From Desulfomonilia bacterium (GTDB lineage Bacteria > Desulfobacterota > Desulfomonilia > UBA1062), in contig JBEKDT010000024.1 of the NCBI GenBank assembly GCA_050014195.1, positions 1 to 45,787 on the forward strand: a stretch of 45,787 bases of DNA. Reading direction: 5' to 3'. Numbering within the stretch: the first letter of the stretch is position 1; every line of letters begins with the position of its first letter. The translations under genes were made by a program, and so were the position numbers. A model generated the notes under the pieces. The model searched no databases. It saw nothing but the letters and a program-made list of their open reading frames with translations, and was not told where the DNA came from. Of the stretch, positions 32,361 through 41,994 are shown piece by piece.

Positions 32361-32801
32361 CTAGATGTGATACATCGCGGCGCGCTCCCCCTTTTCCCTG
32401 CTCTTCCTGACCAGGTCCTCCAGGGTAAAGGAGCCCAGGGTCTGGGAAATGCTGTCGCTAAGGGTTGTCCAGAGATCCCTGCTTGCGCAGGTATCCGAGC
32501 GTGAACAGGCTGACGGGTTCTTCACGCAATCCACCAGGCAGGTATCGCCTTCGAGTACATCCACTATCTCCTTCAAGGTGATCTCCGAAGCAGGCTTTGC
32601 CAGGGTATATCCCCCATGTGCCCCGCGCTGCGAATTCACGAGCCCGGCCGCCTTCAAGGGGATGATGATGAGACTCAGGTACTTCTCCGAGATCTCCTCT
32701 TCCTTGGCGATTTCCCTGAGATACAACGAGCTCCTGGTGCTGTTCAGTGCCAGCTCGAGCATGAGCCGCACACCATACCTTGACCTGGTAGATAGCTTCA
32801 T
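32361..32801 (-). CDS. Rrf2 family transcriptional regulator (IscR-like, three Cys)
   Basis: MKLSTRSRYGVR, YLS.I, LVNSQRGAHGGY.LA, C-x6-C-x5-C in the C-terminal part. Confidence 0.93.
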   Translation of the reverse strand: MKLSTRSRYGVRLMLELALNSTRSSLYLREIAKEEEISEKYLSLIIIPLKAAGLVNSQRGAHGGYTLAKPASEITLKEIVDVLEGDTCLVDCVKNPSACSRSDTCASRDLWTTLSDSISQTLGSFTLEDLVRKSREKGERAAMYHI

Positions 32802-32822
32802 AGGATCCCCTCGAATTACTTT

Positions 32823-32869
32823 AATTACTATCGATTGACTAGTGTATAACCACCTGCAACACTTGTCAA
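32823..32869 (-). promoter_or_regulatory. Sigma70 promoter of the rrf2-iscS operon with overlapping CTA-N9-TAG operator
   Basis: TTGACA (32869-32864), 17 bp, TACACT. Operator core CTAGTCAATCGATAG at 32842-32828. Confidence 0.7.
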
Positions 32870-33003
32870 GGGGGTTTACCGAAACAGATATACTCCACGG
32901 TTATATTCATGAACTGTCTCTTGATTGCCATGACAAGGAGATTATAAAGACCATTGCATTGCTTCTCGTTCACCATGATTAGGGGTTCATAACGTTTTTT
33001 TAG

Positions 33004-33048
33004 TTGACAGCTATCGATATTTTTATTACTATTATTTCAATAGTATTA
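33004..33048 (+). promoter_or_regulatory. Sigma70 promoter of cysK copy 2 with CTA-N9-TAG operator
   Basis: TTGACA (33004), 17 bp, TACTAT (33027). Operator core CTATTATTTCAATAG at 33029-33043. Confidence 0.72.
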
Positions 33049-33131
33049 GTAGACATTAAAAATGAGCAAAGAAATTAAAGGACTATTCTTAAAGGATCAA
33101 AAGAAAAATAAGCTTCCCAAAGGAGACCTTT

Positions 33132-34109
33132 ATGGGCACGTTTTTTGACGACAACACCTTATCAATCGGCAACTCGCCGCTGGTCAAGATCAACAGGCTG
33201 GCTAAAGGGCTGGGCGCCACTGTCTTGGCCAAGATAGAGGGACGCAACCCTGCCTATTCGGTTAAATGCCGCATCGGCGCCAACATGATCTGGGCGGCGG
33301 AGAAGGACGGTTCGCTTAAACCGGGCATGGAGATCATCGAGCCCACGAGCGGAAATACGGGCATCGCCCTTGCGTATGTGGCAGCTGCACGCGGGTATAA
33401 ATTGCACGTCACCATGCCCGAGACCATGTCCATAGAGCGCCGCAAGGTCCTTTCGATCTTCGGGGCGAATATCATCCTGACACCGGGCCCCCAGGGCATG
33501 AAAGGGGCCATTGCGGAGGCGGAGCGGATTGCTGCTTCAGACCCCAAGTACTTCATGCCTCAGCAGTTCAAAAACCCTGCCAATCCGGATATCCATTTCA
33601 AGACCACAGGGCCTGAGATATGGGATCAGACGGCAGGCAAGATCGACGTGCTGGTTTCCGGCGTGGGCACGGGCGGAACGATCACGGGTGTTTCGCGCTA
33701 TATCAAGCACGAGAAGGGGAAGAAGATCATCAGCGTGGCTGTCGAACCCGCTGAGAGCCCTGTCATTTCCCAGCACCTGGCTGGCCAGGAGATCAAACCG
33801 GGGCCCCATAAGATCCAGGGCATCGGGGCAGGGTTCATCCCCGATACCCTCGATCTCTCCGTGGTGGATCGGGTGGAGAAGGTAACCAGCGAGGAGGCCA
33901 TCTCTTATGCCAAGCGGCTGGCACGCGAAGAAGGGATCCTTTCGGGGATAAGTTGCGGTGCAGCCATTGCAGTGGCCCTCAGGCTAGCCGGGCTCAAGGA
34001 ATTCGAAGGGAAGACCATTGTCGCCATCCTGCCGGACTCCGGTGAGCGGTATTTGAGCGGGGTGCTCTTCGAAGGGCTGTTCGACGACTCCGGGTTGCCC
34101 AAGATCTGA
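33132..34109 (+). CDS. cysK: Cysteine synthase A, copy 2
   Basis: [45 protein letters not shown]. Confidence 0.95.
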   Translation: MGTFFDDNTLSIGNSPLVKINRLAKGLGATVLAKIEGRNPAYSVKCRIGANMIWAAEKDGSLKPGMEIIEPTSGNTGIALAYVAAARGYKLHVTMPETMSIERRKVLSIFGANIILTPGPQGMKGAIAEAERIAASDPKYFMPQQFKNPANPDIHFKTTGPEIWDQTAGKIDVLVSGVGTGGTITGVSRYIKHEKGKKIISVAVEPAESPVISQHLAGQEIKPGPHKIQGIGAGFIPDTLDLSVVDRVEKVTSEEAISYAKRLAREEGILSGISCGAAIAVALRLAGLKEFEGKTIVAILPDSGERYLSGVLFEGLFDDSGLPKI

Positions 34110-34168
34110 TGCAGCCATGCGTATTTAGTTATCCATTACCATTCAAGCTGCTCTTGACAATGAACTAT

Positions 34169-34349
34169 CCCCCTCTCCCCGACCCTCTCCCTCCAGGGGA
34201 GAGGGAGTAACTTTTATCCTTCTGAATCTGATAAAGCTCAATGCATCCGCTTCTATTGTCCGCCTCTCTCCTGTTGACCATATTATTTCAGCACCTGCCG
34301 GACAAAACAGGTCCCCTCTCCCCTTGCGGGAGAGGGACAGGGTGAGGGG
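34169..34349. repeat. Inverted pair of BoxC-like palindromes flanking about 105 bp (MITE-like)
   Basis: CCCCCTCTCCCCGACCCTCTCCCTCCAGGGGAGAGGGA (34169-34206) and CCCCTCTCCCCTTGCGGGAGAGGGACAGGGTGAGGGG (34313-34349), between convergent genes. Confidence 0.75.
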
Positions 34350-34399
34350 AAATTTGCCAGGGTAGCAACATTTCCCACAAGTTCAATGCTGACAGAGTA

Positions 34400-35542
34400 C
34401 TAGACCTTCTCCAGTGCCTGCTCCAGGTCGGCGATGAGATCGTCCACGTGCTCGATGCCCACGGAGATGCGTATCAGGTTGCCGGTTATGCCGGCTGCTG
34501 CACGCACCTCCTCGGGCATGGACAGGTGCGTCATGGTCCAGGGATGCTCGATCAACGACTCCACCCCTCCCAGTGACTCGGCGAGAATGAAGAGCTTCAC
34601 ATTCGCCAGCAGCCGGAAGGCCTCGTCCTCACCGCCCTTGACCTTAAACGAGAACGTACCTCCGAACCCGCGGGCCTGTCTTAATGCCAAGTCGTGCTGT
34701 GGGTGGCTCGAAAGGCCGGGGTGCAGGACACTTTCTATTTTCGGATGTTTTTCAAGCCACTGTGCTATCTCGAGGGCGTTTCTGTTGTGGGCCTCCATCC
34801 GCACCGCCAGGGTCTTGAGCCCCCGGAGCACGAGGAAGCAGTCAAAGGGGGCCTGACAAGTGCCTAATGCGTTCTGATGGAAGGCCAGCCGGCCGGCCAG
34901 TTCAGGATCATTGACCACGATGGCCCCGCCCACCACGTCAGAGTGCCCGTTGATATACTTTGTCGTGGAGTGCAGTGCCATGTCTATCCCCAAGGCAAGC
35001 GGGTTCTGGAAATAGGGAGACAGGAACGTGTTATCGCACAGCGTCAACACCCCTTTCGTCTTGGCTATCTCTGCGATAGCCGCCAGATCCAAGATATTCA
35101 TCAACGGGTTTGTCGGCGTCTCGGTCCAGATGAGCTTTGTATGAGGCTTGATTGCTGACTTCAGGGCGTCCACGTCCCTGAGATTGACAAACTGAACGTC
35201 CACCCCCTGACGTGAGATAACTGCCTTGCAAAGCCGGTAGGTTCCGCCGTAGAGATCGTCGTGCACGATGATGTGGTCTCCGGCTGAAAGCAGTGCAAGC
35301 GCCGTGGTCTCTGCCGCCATGCCGGTGCCGAAGGCAAAGCCGTACGCGCCGCCCTCCAGTGATGCGATGCAGTCCTCCAGTGCCTTGCGTGTGGGGTTGC
35401 CGGAACGCGAGTAGTCAAAGGGACCCATCTGCTTCACGCCCTTGTATGCGAACGTTGACACCTGGTAGATGGGCTGCATCACGGCGCCGTAGGCCGGGTC
35501 AGGACCCTGTCCTGCGTGAATTGCACGTGTCTCGAATTTCAT
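34400..35542 (-). CDS. Cystathionine gamma-synthase/gamma-lyase family PLP enzyme
   Basis: PIYQVSTF, YSRSGNPTR, ETPTNP, DNTF, HSTTKYINGHSDV, AESLGGVESL. The exact activity (MetB or cystathionine lyase) cannot be resolved by eye. Confidence 0.92.
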   Translation of the reverse strand: MKFETRAIHAGQGPDPAYGAVMQPIYQVSTFAYKGVKQMGPFDYSRSGNPTRKALEDCIASLEGGAYGFAFGTGMAAETTALALLSAGDHIIVHDDLYGGTYRLCKAVISRQGVDVQFVNLRDVDALKSAIKPHTKLIWTETPTNPLMNILDLAAIAEIAKTKGVLTLCDNTFLSPYFQNPLALGIDMALHSTTKYINGHSDVVGGAIVVNDPELAGRLAFHQNALGTCQAPFDCFLVLRGLKTLAVRMEAHNRNALEIAQWLEKHPKIESVLHPGLSSHPQHDLALRQARGFGGTFSFKVKGGEDEAFRLLANVKLFILAESLGGVESLIEHPWTMTHLSMPEEVRAAAGITGNLIRISVGIEHVDDLIADLEQALEKV

Positions 35543-35590
35543 ACTGTTACCTCCTGCCGAATCGAAAATATCTATTAATCTAATTACTTG

Positions 35591-35638
35591 AATTACTATC
35601 GATTAACTAGGTTATAATCATGCATGAAACCTTGTCAA
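35591..35638 (-). promoter_or_regulatory. Sigma70 promoter of the cystathionine synthase/lyase gene with CTA-N9-TAG operator
   Basis: TTGACA (35638-35633), then TATAAC or TAACCT at 16 or 18 bp. Operator core CTAGTTAATCGATAG at 35610-35596. Confidence 0.7.
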
Positions 35639-35796
35639 GGTTATTCACCTGCCCCTGATGTTATTACATCAACTTGCCTCGTTACTCATAAATAACTCCC
35701 CTGCCCTTATGAACAAAGATCTGATGCTGACAGCATAGACTCTATGCACACTTCATATGCATGGCAACCCGTCACCAAAAGAATTTATTTTTCTGC

Positions 35797-35842
35797 TTGA
35801 CAGCCTCTATTATTTTTATTATCTAGTATATCGATAGTATTA
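35797..35842 (+). promoter_or_regulatory. Sigma70 promoter of the leader-metY2 transcript with CTA-N9-TAG operator
   Basis: TTGACA (35797), AT-rich spacer nearly identical to the cysK2 promoter. Operator core CTAGTATATCGATAG at 35823-35837. The -10 is less clear. Confidence 0.65.
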
Positions 35843-35870
35843 GTAGTGAATAAATTAGTCGAGGAGATGT

Positions 35871-35972
35871 ATGCTGTTGTCAAGACCTACTCATCATATT
35901 GCACATGCATCCGCGAACATGTGCTGCTGCATGTGTATGTGCCGCTTAAGGGGATGGGGGGTGTCCATGTAG
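35871..35972 (+). CDS. Putative Cys/Met-rich attenuator leader peptide (MLLSRPTHHIAHASANMCCCMCMCRLRGWGVSM)
   Basis: GAGGAG RBS at 35861, ATG 35871, TAG 35970-35972. Codons 17-24 are ATG TGC TGC TGC ATG TGT ATG TGC. Directly upstream of a terminator and metY. Confidence 0.8.
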   Translation: MLLSRPTHHIAHASANMCCCMCMCRLRGWGVSM

Positions 35973-35977
35973 GGTAG

Positions 35978-37390
<1,413 letters not shown>

Positions 37391-37511
37391 TACCGGATTT
37401 GCGATCATGGGGGCCATTCTTTCAGGACCCCCTTATTGAGTCTCTGGGAATCATAGGTTCAGCTAATACCCTTATGACGCATATCTCAAAAGGACTCACA
37501 AGGAGGTAACA

Positions 37512-37709
37512 ATGAAACCGGGCAAGAGGGTTTTAATGATCGTGCTTGTCTATCTGGCAGCAGCCATCCTCTGGGGCTTGTTTCCGCCGAGGGCGTCCGG
37601 GGCGAACCCTCCGGACAAGCTCAAGGTGGGATATCTCTCGGTCATAGGCCACGCCGAGATCTTCCTGGCCGAGGGGCAGGACTTCTTAAGCAGGCATAAG
37701 TTCATATAG
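37512..37709 (+). pseudogene. N-terminal fragment of an SsuA/TauA/NrtA-type ABC substrate-binding protein
   Basis: Strong RBS AAGGAGG, signal peptide, then DKLKVGYL..GHAEIFLAE.Q.F typical of the family N-terminus, stopping at 65 aa. Confidence 0.6.
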
Positions 37710-37719
37710 GAGAATACAG

Positions 37720-38148
37720 ATGCGTATTGGATTGATAGGAGGACTGACCCGCAGCGAGGTACAGTTGACGAAGATAGCCGCTGATGCAGGCCATAAGTTG
37801 GAATCCCATAACGGAGAGATGAACGGCCGCTGGGCAAGGGAGCTGAGGGGTATCATAGAGCGCTCGGAATTCGTCATCATCCTGACAACCATCAACTCTC
37901 ATCAGGCGGTATGGCTTGCAAAACAGGCAGTGCGCGAGTTCAGACGCCCGAACATTGTACTGAGGAAATGCGGCCAGGATACCTTCCGCGAACTTCTTCA
38001 TTTACTCGATCCTGGTGTTGAACAGCCCATCGAGACAGCTGTCATAAGAGGCAACGGGAGAAATGTGAACGCCCGTCTCACGTATCTTGAACATGCAGGC
38101 TTGTCCGGTGATCCGGAAGGTGGAGAGAGCACCAGGTCAGGAAATTAA
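37720..38148 (+). CDS. DUF2325-like protein
   Basis: MRIGLIGG..R, H.G, VIILT..NSH...AK pattern. RBS AGGAG. Confidence 0.7.
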   Translation: MRIGLIGGLTRSEVQLTKIAADAGHKLESHNGEMNGRWARELRGIIERSEFVIILTTINSHQAVWLAKQAVREFRRPNIVLRKCGQDTFRELLHLLDPGVEQPIETAVIRGNGRNVNARLTYLEHAGLSGDPEGGESTRSGN

Positions 38149-38303
38149 TGCAAGCATCATAAGGAATCAGGAAAATGGGAATTCCGCTTTTCGGGAAACG
38201 TCAGTTGGAATGCCCGTTAGCCCCGAGATACGATCCATGCGGTTTAGCATGCATGACATTTCCAGGGCGGCGGAATCGGCTAAAACAAGAAAGGAGAACC
38301 ATC

Positions 38304-39149
38304 ATGAAAAGAATAGCAATCATAGTACTCGGTGTCGGTATTTTCGTATTAATCCAATTTACCCCTTCCTTTGCAGGTCCGCCGCTCAACAACCTTGAAG
38401 GCGTGGGGGGCATTGCATTCAATCCTCTGGCCTATACCGCCGGCACCGGCTTCGACCACGATGCGGGAAAGCATGACGGACTTTCCTATCAGGACGTCAT
38501 CTCGAAACCCCAGGTCGGTATCTGGTATGTGAGCCTGAGTGATGTCAGCGTGGACTGGACCGCCATCGGTATTGCGGAGACATTCTTCAAGCGCCTTGAG
38601 GTCTCCTATGGGTATGAGGCGGTGGCGCCTGACGGTAAGAACATCCACAAAAACAACATCGGCGGCAAGCTCCTGCTCCTGAATGAGAACTCCAACGGCC
38701 TGGATTTCGTCCCCGCAGTCTCCGTAGGCACCATATATAAAAAGACCTCAGGTGCCGCTGAAGGCGTCGATTCTTCGGACTTTGATTATTACCTGGTGGC
38801 AACGAAGCTCATCACCTCATTACCGGCACCTGTTCTCATCTCCGCAGGCGTGCTCTCCACCAAAGAACTGGTGACGGGTGTTTTCGGGTTTGACAAAGAC
38901 CGCGATCAGACCTTTTTCGGCAACATAGACGTCATCCCTGTCCCGCAACTTGCCGCAGGGTTCGAATATAAACAGGGCGCCCGATTTGATGACTTCAAGA
39001 ATGCCAGTTATTACGACATCCATACGGCATGGTTTGTAAACAAGAGCCTTACCCTCGTTGCAGCCTATGTCAATGCCGGGGACGAGAAATCAATAAGCAG
39101 GGTTGGGTTGGGAGACGGGATCGTGTTGAGCGGACAGTATGCATTCTGA
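38304..39149 (+). CDS. Exported beta-barrel-like protein, DUF3034-like
   Basis: AAGGAG RBS, signal peptide, LEGVGG..NPLAY, D.Y..ATKL, AWF.NKSLTL.AAYV, C-terminal Phe. Confidence 0.7.
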   Translation: MKRIAIIVLGVGIFVLIQFTPSFAGPPLNNLEGVGGIAFNPLAYTAGTGFDHDAGKHDGLSYQDVISKPQVGIWYVSLSDVSVDWTAIGIAETFFKRLEVSYGYEAVAPDGKNIHKNNIGGKLLLLNENSNGLDFVPAVSVGTIYKKTSGAAEGVDSSDFDYYLVATKLITSLPAPVLISAGVLSTKELVTGVFGFDKDRDQTFFGNIDVIPVPQLAAGFEYKQGARFDDFKNASYYDIHTAWFVNKSLTLVAAYVNAGDEKSISRVGLGDGIVLSGQYAF

Positions 39150-39190
39150 GGATAAGATATAAGCACACACAGGATAGATGACATGCCTAC

Positions 39191-39224
39191 CAAGGAAGCC
39201 CGGCACTTCAGCCGGGCTTCCTTG
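39191..39224. terminator. Perfect 14-bp hairpin between convergent genes, probable terminator
   Basis: CAAGGAAGCCCGGC-ACTTCA-GCCGGGCTTCCTTG. No long U-tract. Confidence 0.65.
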
Positions 39225-39370
39225 TATATGGATTGAATTTATACCGGGCATATCCCTACTAACTCGAAGTCGGGCGCGCGGGGCAGACCGATACCAGGTA
39301 AAACGATCGTGAAGGACAGGCCGGGTGGTTTGTCCCTGCTCCCATGCAACAGGGGAGAGGGAACTGATTT

Positions 39371-39991
39371 TTAGCTTGTTGTTATACAACACCTGGCCTG
39401 CATCTCGGCAGTGCACTCGGACAGGGCCGTGAGGATCTTATCGATTCCTGCGGTCTTGAACTTCGGCTCAAAATCGGCATATTTCTCGATATACTCCATG
39501 TAGAGGGTTATCTTCTCATCCATGCTTATCTCTGCCGCGACAGGTACAATGAAATCAAACTCGTCTATGGGTTTATTTTTCCCTGTGCAGTTCCCTTCGG
39601 TCAAATCGATGCAGTGGTCTTGGTATTGCAAAAAGCAATCGATCTGGGGAATGTAGTCCAGGCCGTATTTTGACAGCAGATTCGCTATGCCCGTATAGAT
39701 CTCATTGTTCAGCCTGAAGAAACCGATATTCTTCCGGATCGGCTCTCCGAGTTCTTCCGCGAGCCTGGCTATGGCCCCGTGTTTTGTCAGGCAGATGCCT
39801 TTTTTCTCCGTGAAGATGAGCTGTGAATCGACCATGTCGGAATTATAGTCATAGGGCAGATCATTGACCCATTTGCATGCATCATGAAATGTTTTCATCC
39901 CGATCTTTATGAACTGATCTGAAAAGATGCCCCTGCTCCTTATTTCGACATTGGGGAATACATCATAGCTGCTGAAGGTTACCTTCATCAT
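39371..39991 (-). CDS. Hypothetical protein, possibly transglutaminase-like
   Basis: V..LPY, GICLTKH..IARLAEELG, IDLTEGNC. Ends ARCCITTS. The family assignment is tentative. Confidence 0.7.
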   Translation of the reverse strand: MMKVTFSSYDVFPNVEIRSRGIFSDQFIKIGMKTFHDACKWVNDLPYDYNSDMVDSQLIFTEKKGICLTKHGAIARLAEELGEPIRKNIGFFRLNNEIYTGIANLLSKYGLDYIPQIDCFLQYQDHCIDLTEGNCTGKNKPIDEFDFIVPVAAEISMDEKITLYMEYIEKYADFEPKFKTAGIDKILTALSECTAEMQARCCITTS

Positions 39992-40054
39992 GTCCTTTGT
40001 GCCCCCTCTCCCGTGTTTGGTTTACTGAAGGTGTCGTCTCTACACAGAAATCAG

Positions 40055-40732
40055 TCACACAGCCTTCGGTTTCAATCCCCGGATCACCTCTGTCGGAAAT
40101 GTCATCTGACTGACGTATTCCCTCTGTGTGTCAATAAATCCGGCAGACTCAAGATAGGGAAGCAGGTAAACCCCTCTGCATCCCCCAAGCAATGAAGGAC
40201 GTATCCGGTACACGAGCTCCGAAAGGGCGTTATACCAGTGAAGGGGTTTTGTCATGTTCGCCATGACCAGCCTCCCCCCCGGACGGAGAACCCTGAAAAA
40301 ACCACCCAGTATCATGGGGAAATCCTGTTCCGGCAGAAGATCGAACATGTAATTATTCAGGACCACATCGAACTCTTCAGCGGGATAGGGAAGATCATAG
40401 GCGTCACCCGGTTCAAGAGAATAGTTTCCAATGCCCAGTTTTTCAGCCTTCTTCCTCGCCCGGTTCAACATCTCCACAGTAAGATCCATTCCGGCATTCC
40501 AGCCATGAGGGTTTTTCTTAAGGATCTCGACAAAGGCAGACCCGGTTCCTACCGCCACCTCCAGGACCTTCTCACCATCCTGTATCTTTGCCAGTTCCAG
40601 ACATCTCTTCCGTGCCTTCGTCTCGGTCAGCATCCCCCAGATATCATATATGGGGGCAATGCTCCGGTAGACCTTCGGGATATCCGCTTTCTTGACACAG
40701 GCCTTCAGGATCTTCACGTTTTCTACAGTCAT
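40055..40732 (-). CDS. Class I SAM-dependent methyltransferase (UbiE-like)
   Basis: VLEVAVGTG, GMDLT.EML, GDAYDLPY..EEFD, RVLRPGG. Confidence 0.9.
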   Translation of the reverse strand: MTVENVKILKACVKKADIPKVYRSIAPIYDIWGMLTETKARKRCLELAKIQDGEKVLEVAVGTGSAFVEILKKNPHGWNAGMDLTVEMLNRARKKAEKLGIGNYSLEPGDAYDLPYPAEEFDVVLNNYMFDLLPEQDFPMILGGFFRVLRPGGRLVMANMTKPLHWYNALSELVYRIRPSLLGGCRGVYLLPYLESAGFIDTQREYVSQMTFPTEVIRGLKPKAV

Positions 40733-40766
40733 GACATACCTCCCTGACCGGTCTTATCCATTCTTT

Positions 40767-41123
40767 TCACTTTCCACAGCAGCCGGGTGGACAGCAGATG
40801 GGGATGCAGGCCCTGACCTGGTCGACCAAAGATTCGAGCTTTGCAAGGAATTCAGGACCGTTTATGGAGTAATACACAAACCTGCCTTCTTTCTCGCAGA
40901 TCAGAATCCCGGCCTCCTGCATGAGTTGAAGATGCCGGGATATCACCGAGCGGTCCTGAGGAAGGTGCTGTGCAATCGTGCCGATATCGGATCGTCCGTT
41001 CAGCATCAGGTATTTCAACAGCTGCTGCCGGACGGGTTCGCTCAAGGATTTGAAAAATTTGGAGTCGAGATTCCCTGCAAGATCCTCCACCAGCTTGGTC
41101 TTGTTTCTCTTCAGAGCAATCAT
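40767..41123 (-). CDS. ArsR/SmtB family regulator with C-terminal Cys cluster
   Basis: FFKSLSEPVR, SVISRHL..M.EAG, EGRFVYY, C-terminus CIPICCPPGCCGK. Start at ATG 41123. Confidence 0.92.
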   Translation of the reverse strand: MIALKRNKTKLVEDLAGNLDSKFFKSLSEPVRQQLLKYLMLNGRSDIGTIAQHLPQDRSVISRHLQLMQEAGILICEKEGRFVYYSINGPEFLAKLESLVDQVRACIPICCPPGCCGK

Positions 41124-41129
41124 GTTATG

Positions 41130-41159
41130 ATTATATATGCACACATCTGCACATGTCAA
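41130..41159 (-). promoter_or_regulatory. Consensus sigma70 promoter with an inverted-repeat operator, probably giving a leaderless arsR mRNA
   Basis: TTGACA, 18 bp, TATAAT, then 6 nt to ATG. Inverted repeat ATGTGCA-GATGTG-TGCATAT fills the spacer. Confidence 0.7.
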
Positions 41160-41237
41160 TCCTCTTTTTCCCCTTCACTGAGATTAAGCTTTCTGTTTAA
41201 TAAATAGTTGCCTGAACAGTTGAGATTTGAGGCAGAT

Positions 41238-41947
41238 TCATTTCCCAGGCAAAACCGCCTGGAAAGGCTTGTCATGTTCGTTTACAAACGACTCTTCGAA
41301 CCCGAATCCTGCATCCTGGATCATGTATCGTTTTGTCACGGATAACGTATCCTGGGGGGCTTCCAGGATTGTCCTGGCAATCTGGAGGGCACTGTCCAGC
41401 AGGCTGTCCTCTTGAACCACTTCGCTCACGAGGCCTATGCGGTATGCCTCAGAGCTATCGATCCTCCTCCCGGTGAGGCAGAGGTCGCGGGCCATGCCGT
41501 GTCCGATGATCCACCTTAAGGGCGTGAACAGCGGGGGGGCCCGAACTTTATCTCCGGGTGGCCGAAGACGGCCGATTCCGAACAGATCCTGATATCGCAC
41601 AGGGTTGTCAGGTCGAATCCCCCGCCCAAGGCATGTCCTTTCACGGCAGCGATGGTCGGTTTGGGAAAATTCCATACATCCCGGTGGTATTTGGCTGATG
41701 ATGTGTATATCTCCTCCATGAGCTCAGGCTTGCTGAATTCCTTCAGATCAAAACCTGCTGAGAAACTCCCACCTGCCCCTATGAAAATGACAGAGCCTAC
41801 ATCCGGGGCATTGACCCAGTCCTTGAGACAGTCAGATATCTCCTGCCTGAGCCTTATGGAGAGCGCATTCTTTCTCTCCGGACGGTTCAGGGTGATGATT
41901 CCCACCCTCTCCGGTGTCTTTCTGACTTCAATGCACTGGTAATCCAT
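41238..41947 (-). pseudogene. Enoyl-CoA hydratase/isomerase family gene with a single-base frameshift
   Basis: ITLNRPE..NAL, FSAGFDL, PKPTIAAV.G.ALGGG, FGHPEIKFG in one frame, continuing PPLFTPLRWIIG...LCLTGR..EAYRIGLV in another. The shift lies at the GGG-C7 run (41542-41533). Confidence 0.85.
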
Positions 41948-41994
41948 AATCCCTCCTTAAATGTAGCCGCGGCGCCACCCGATTCTTAGGGATA

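Noticed and set aside
40055-40732. arsM (arsenite methyltransferase) call
   Set aside because: It sits next to ArsR, but it is short and lacks recognisable ArsM Cys motifs, so it was left as a generic methyltransferase.
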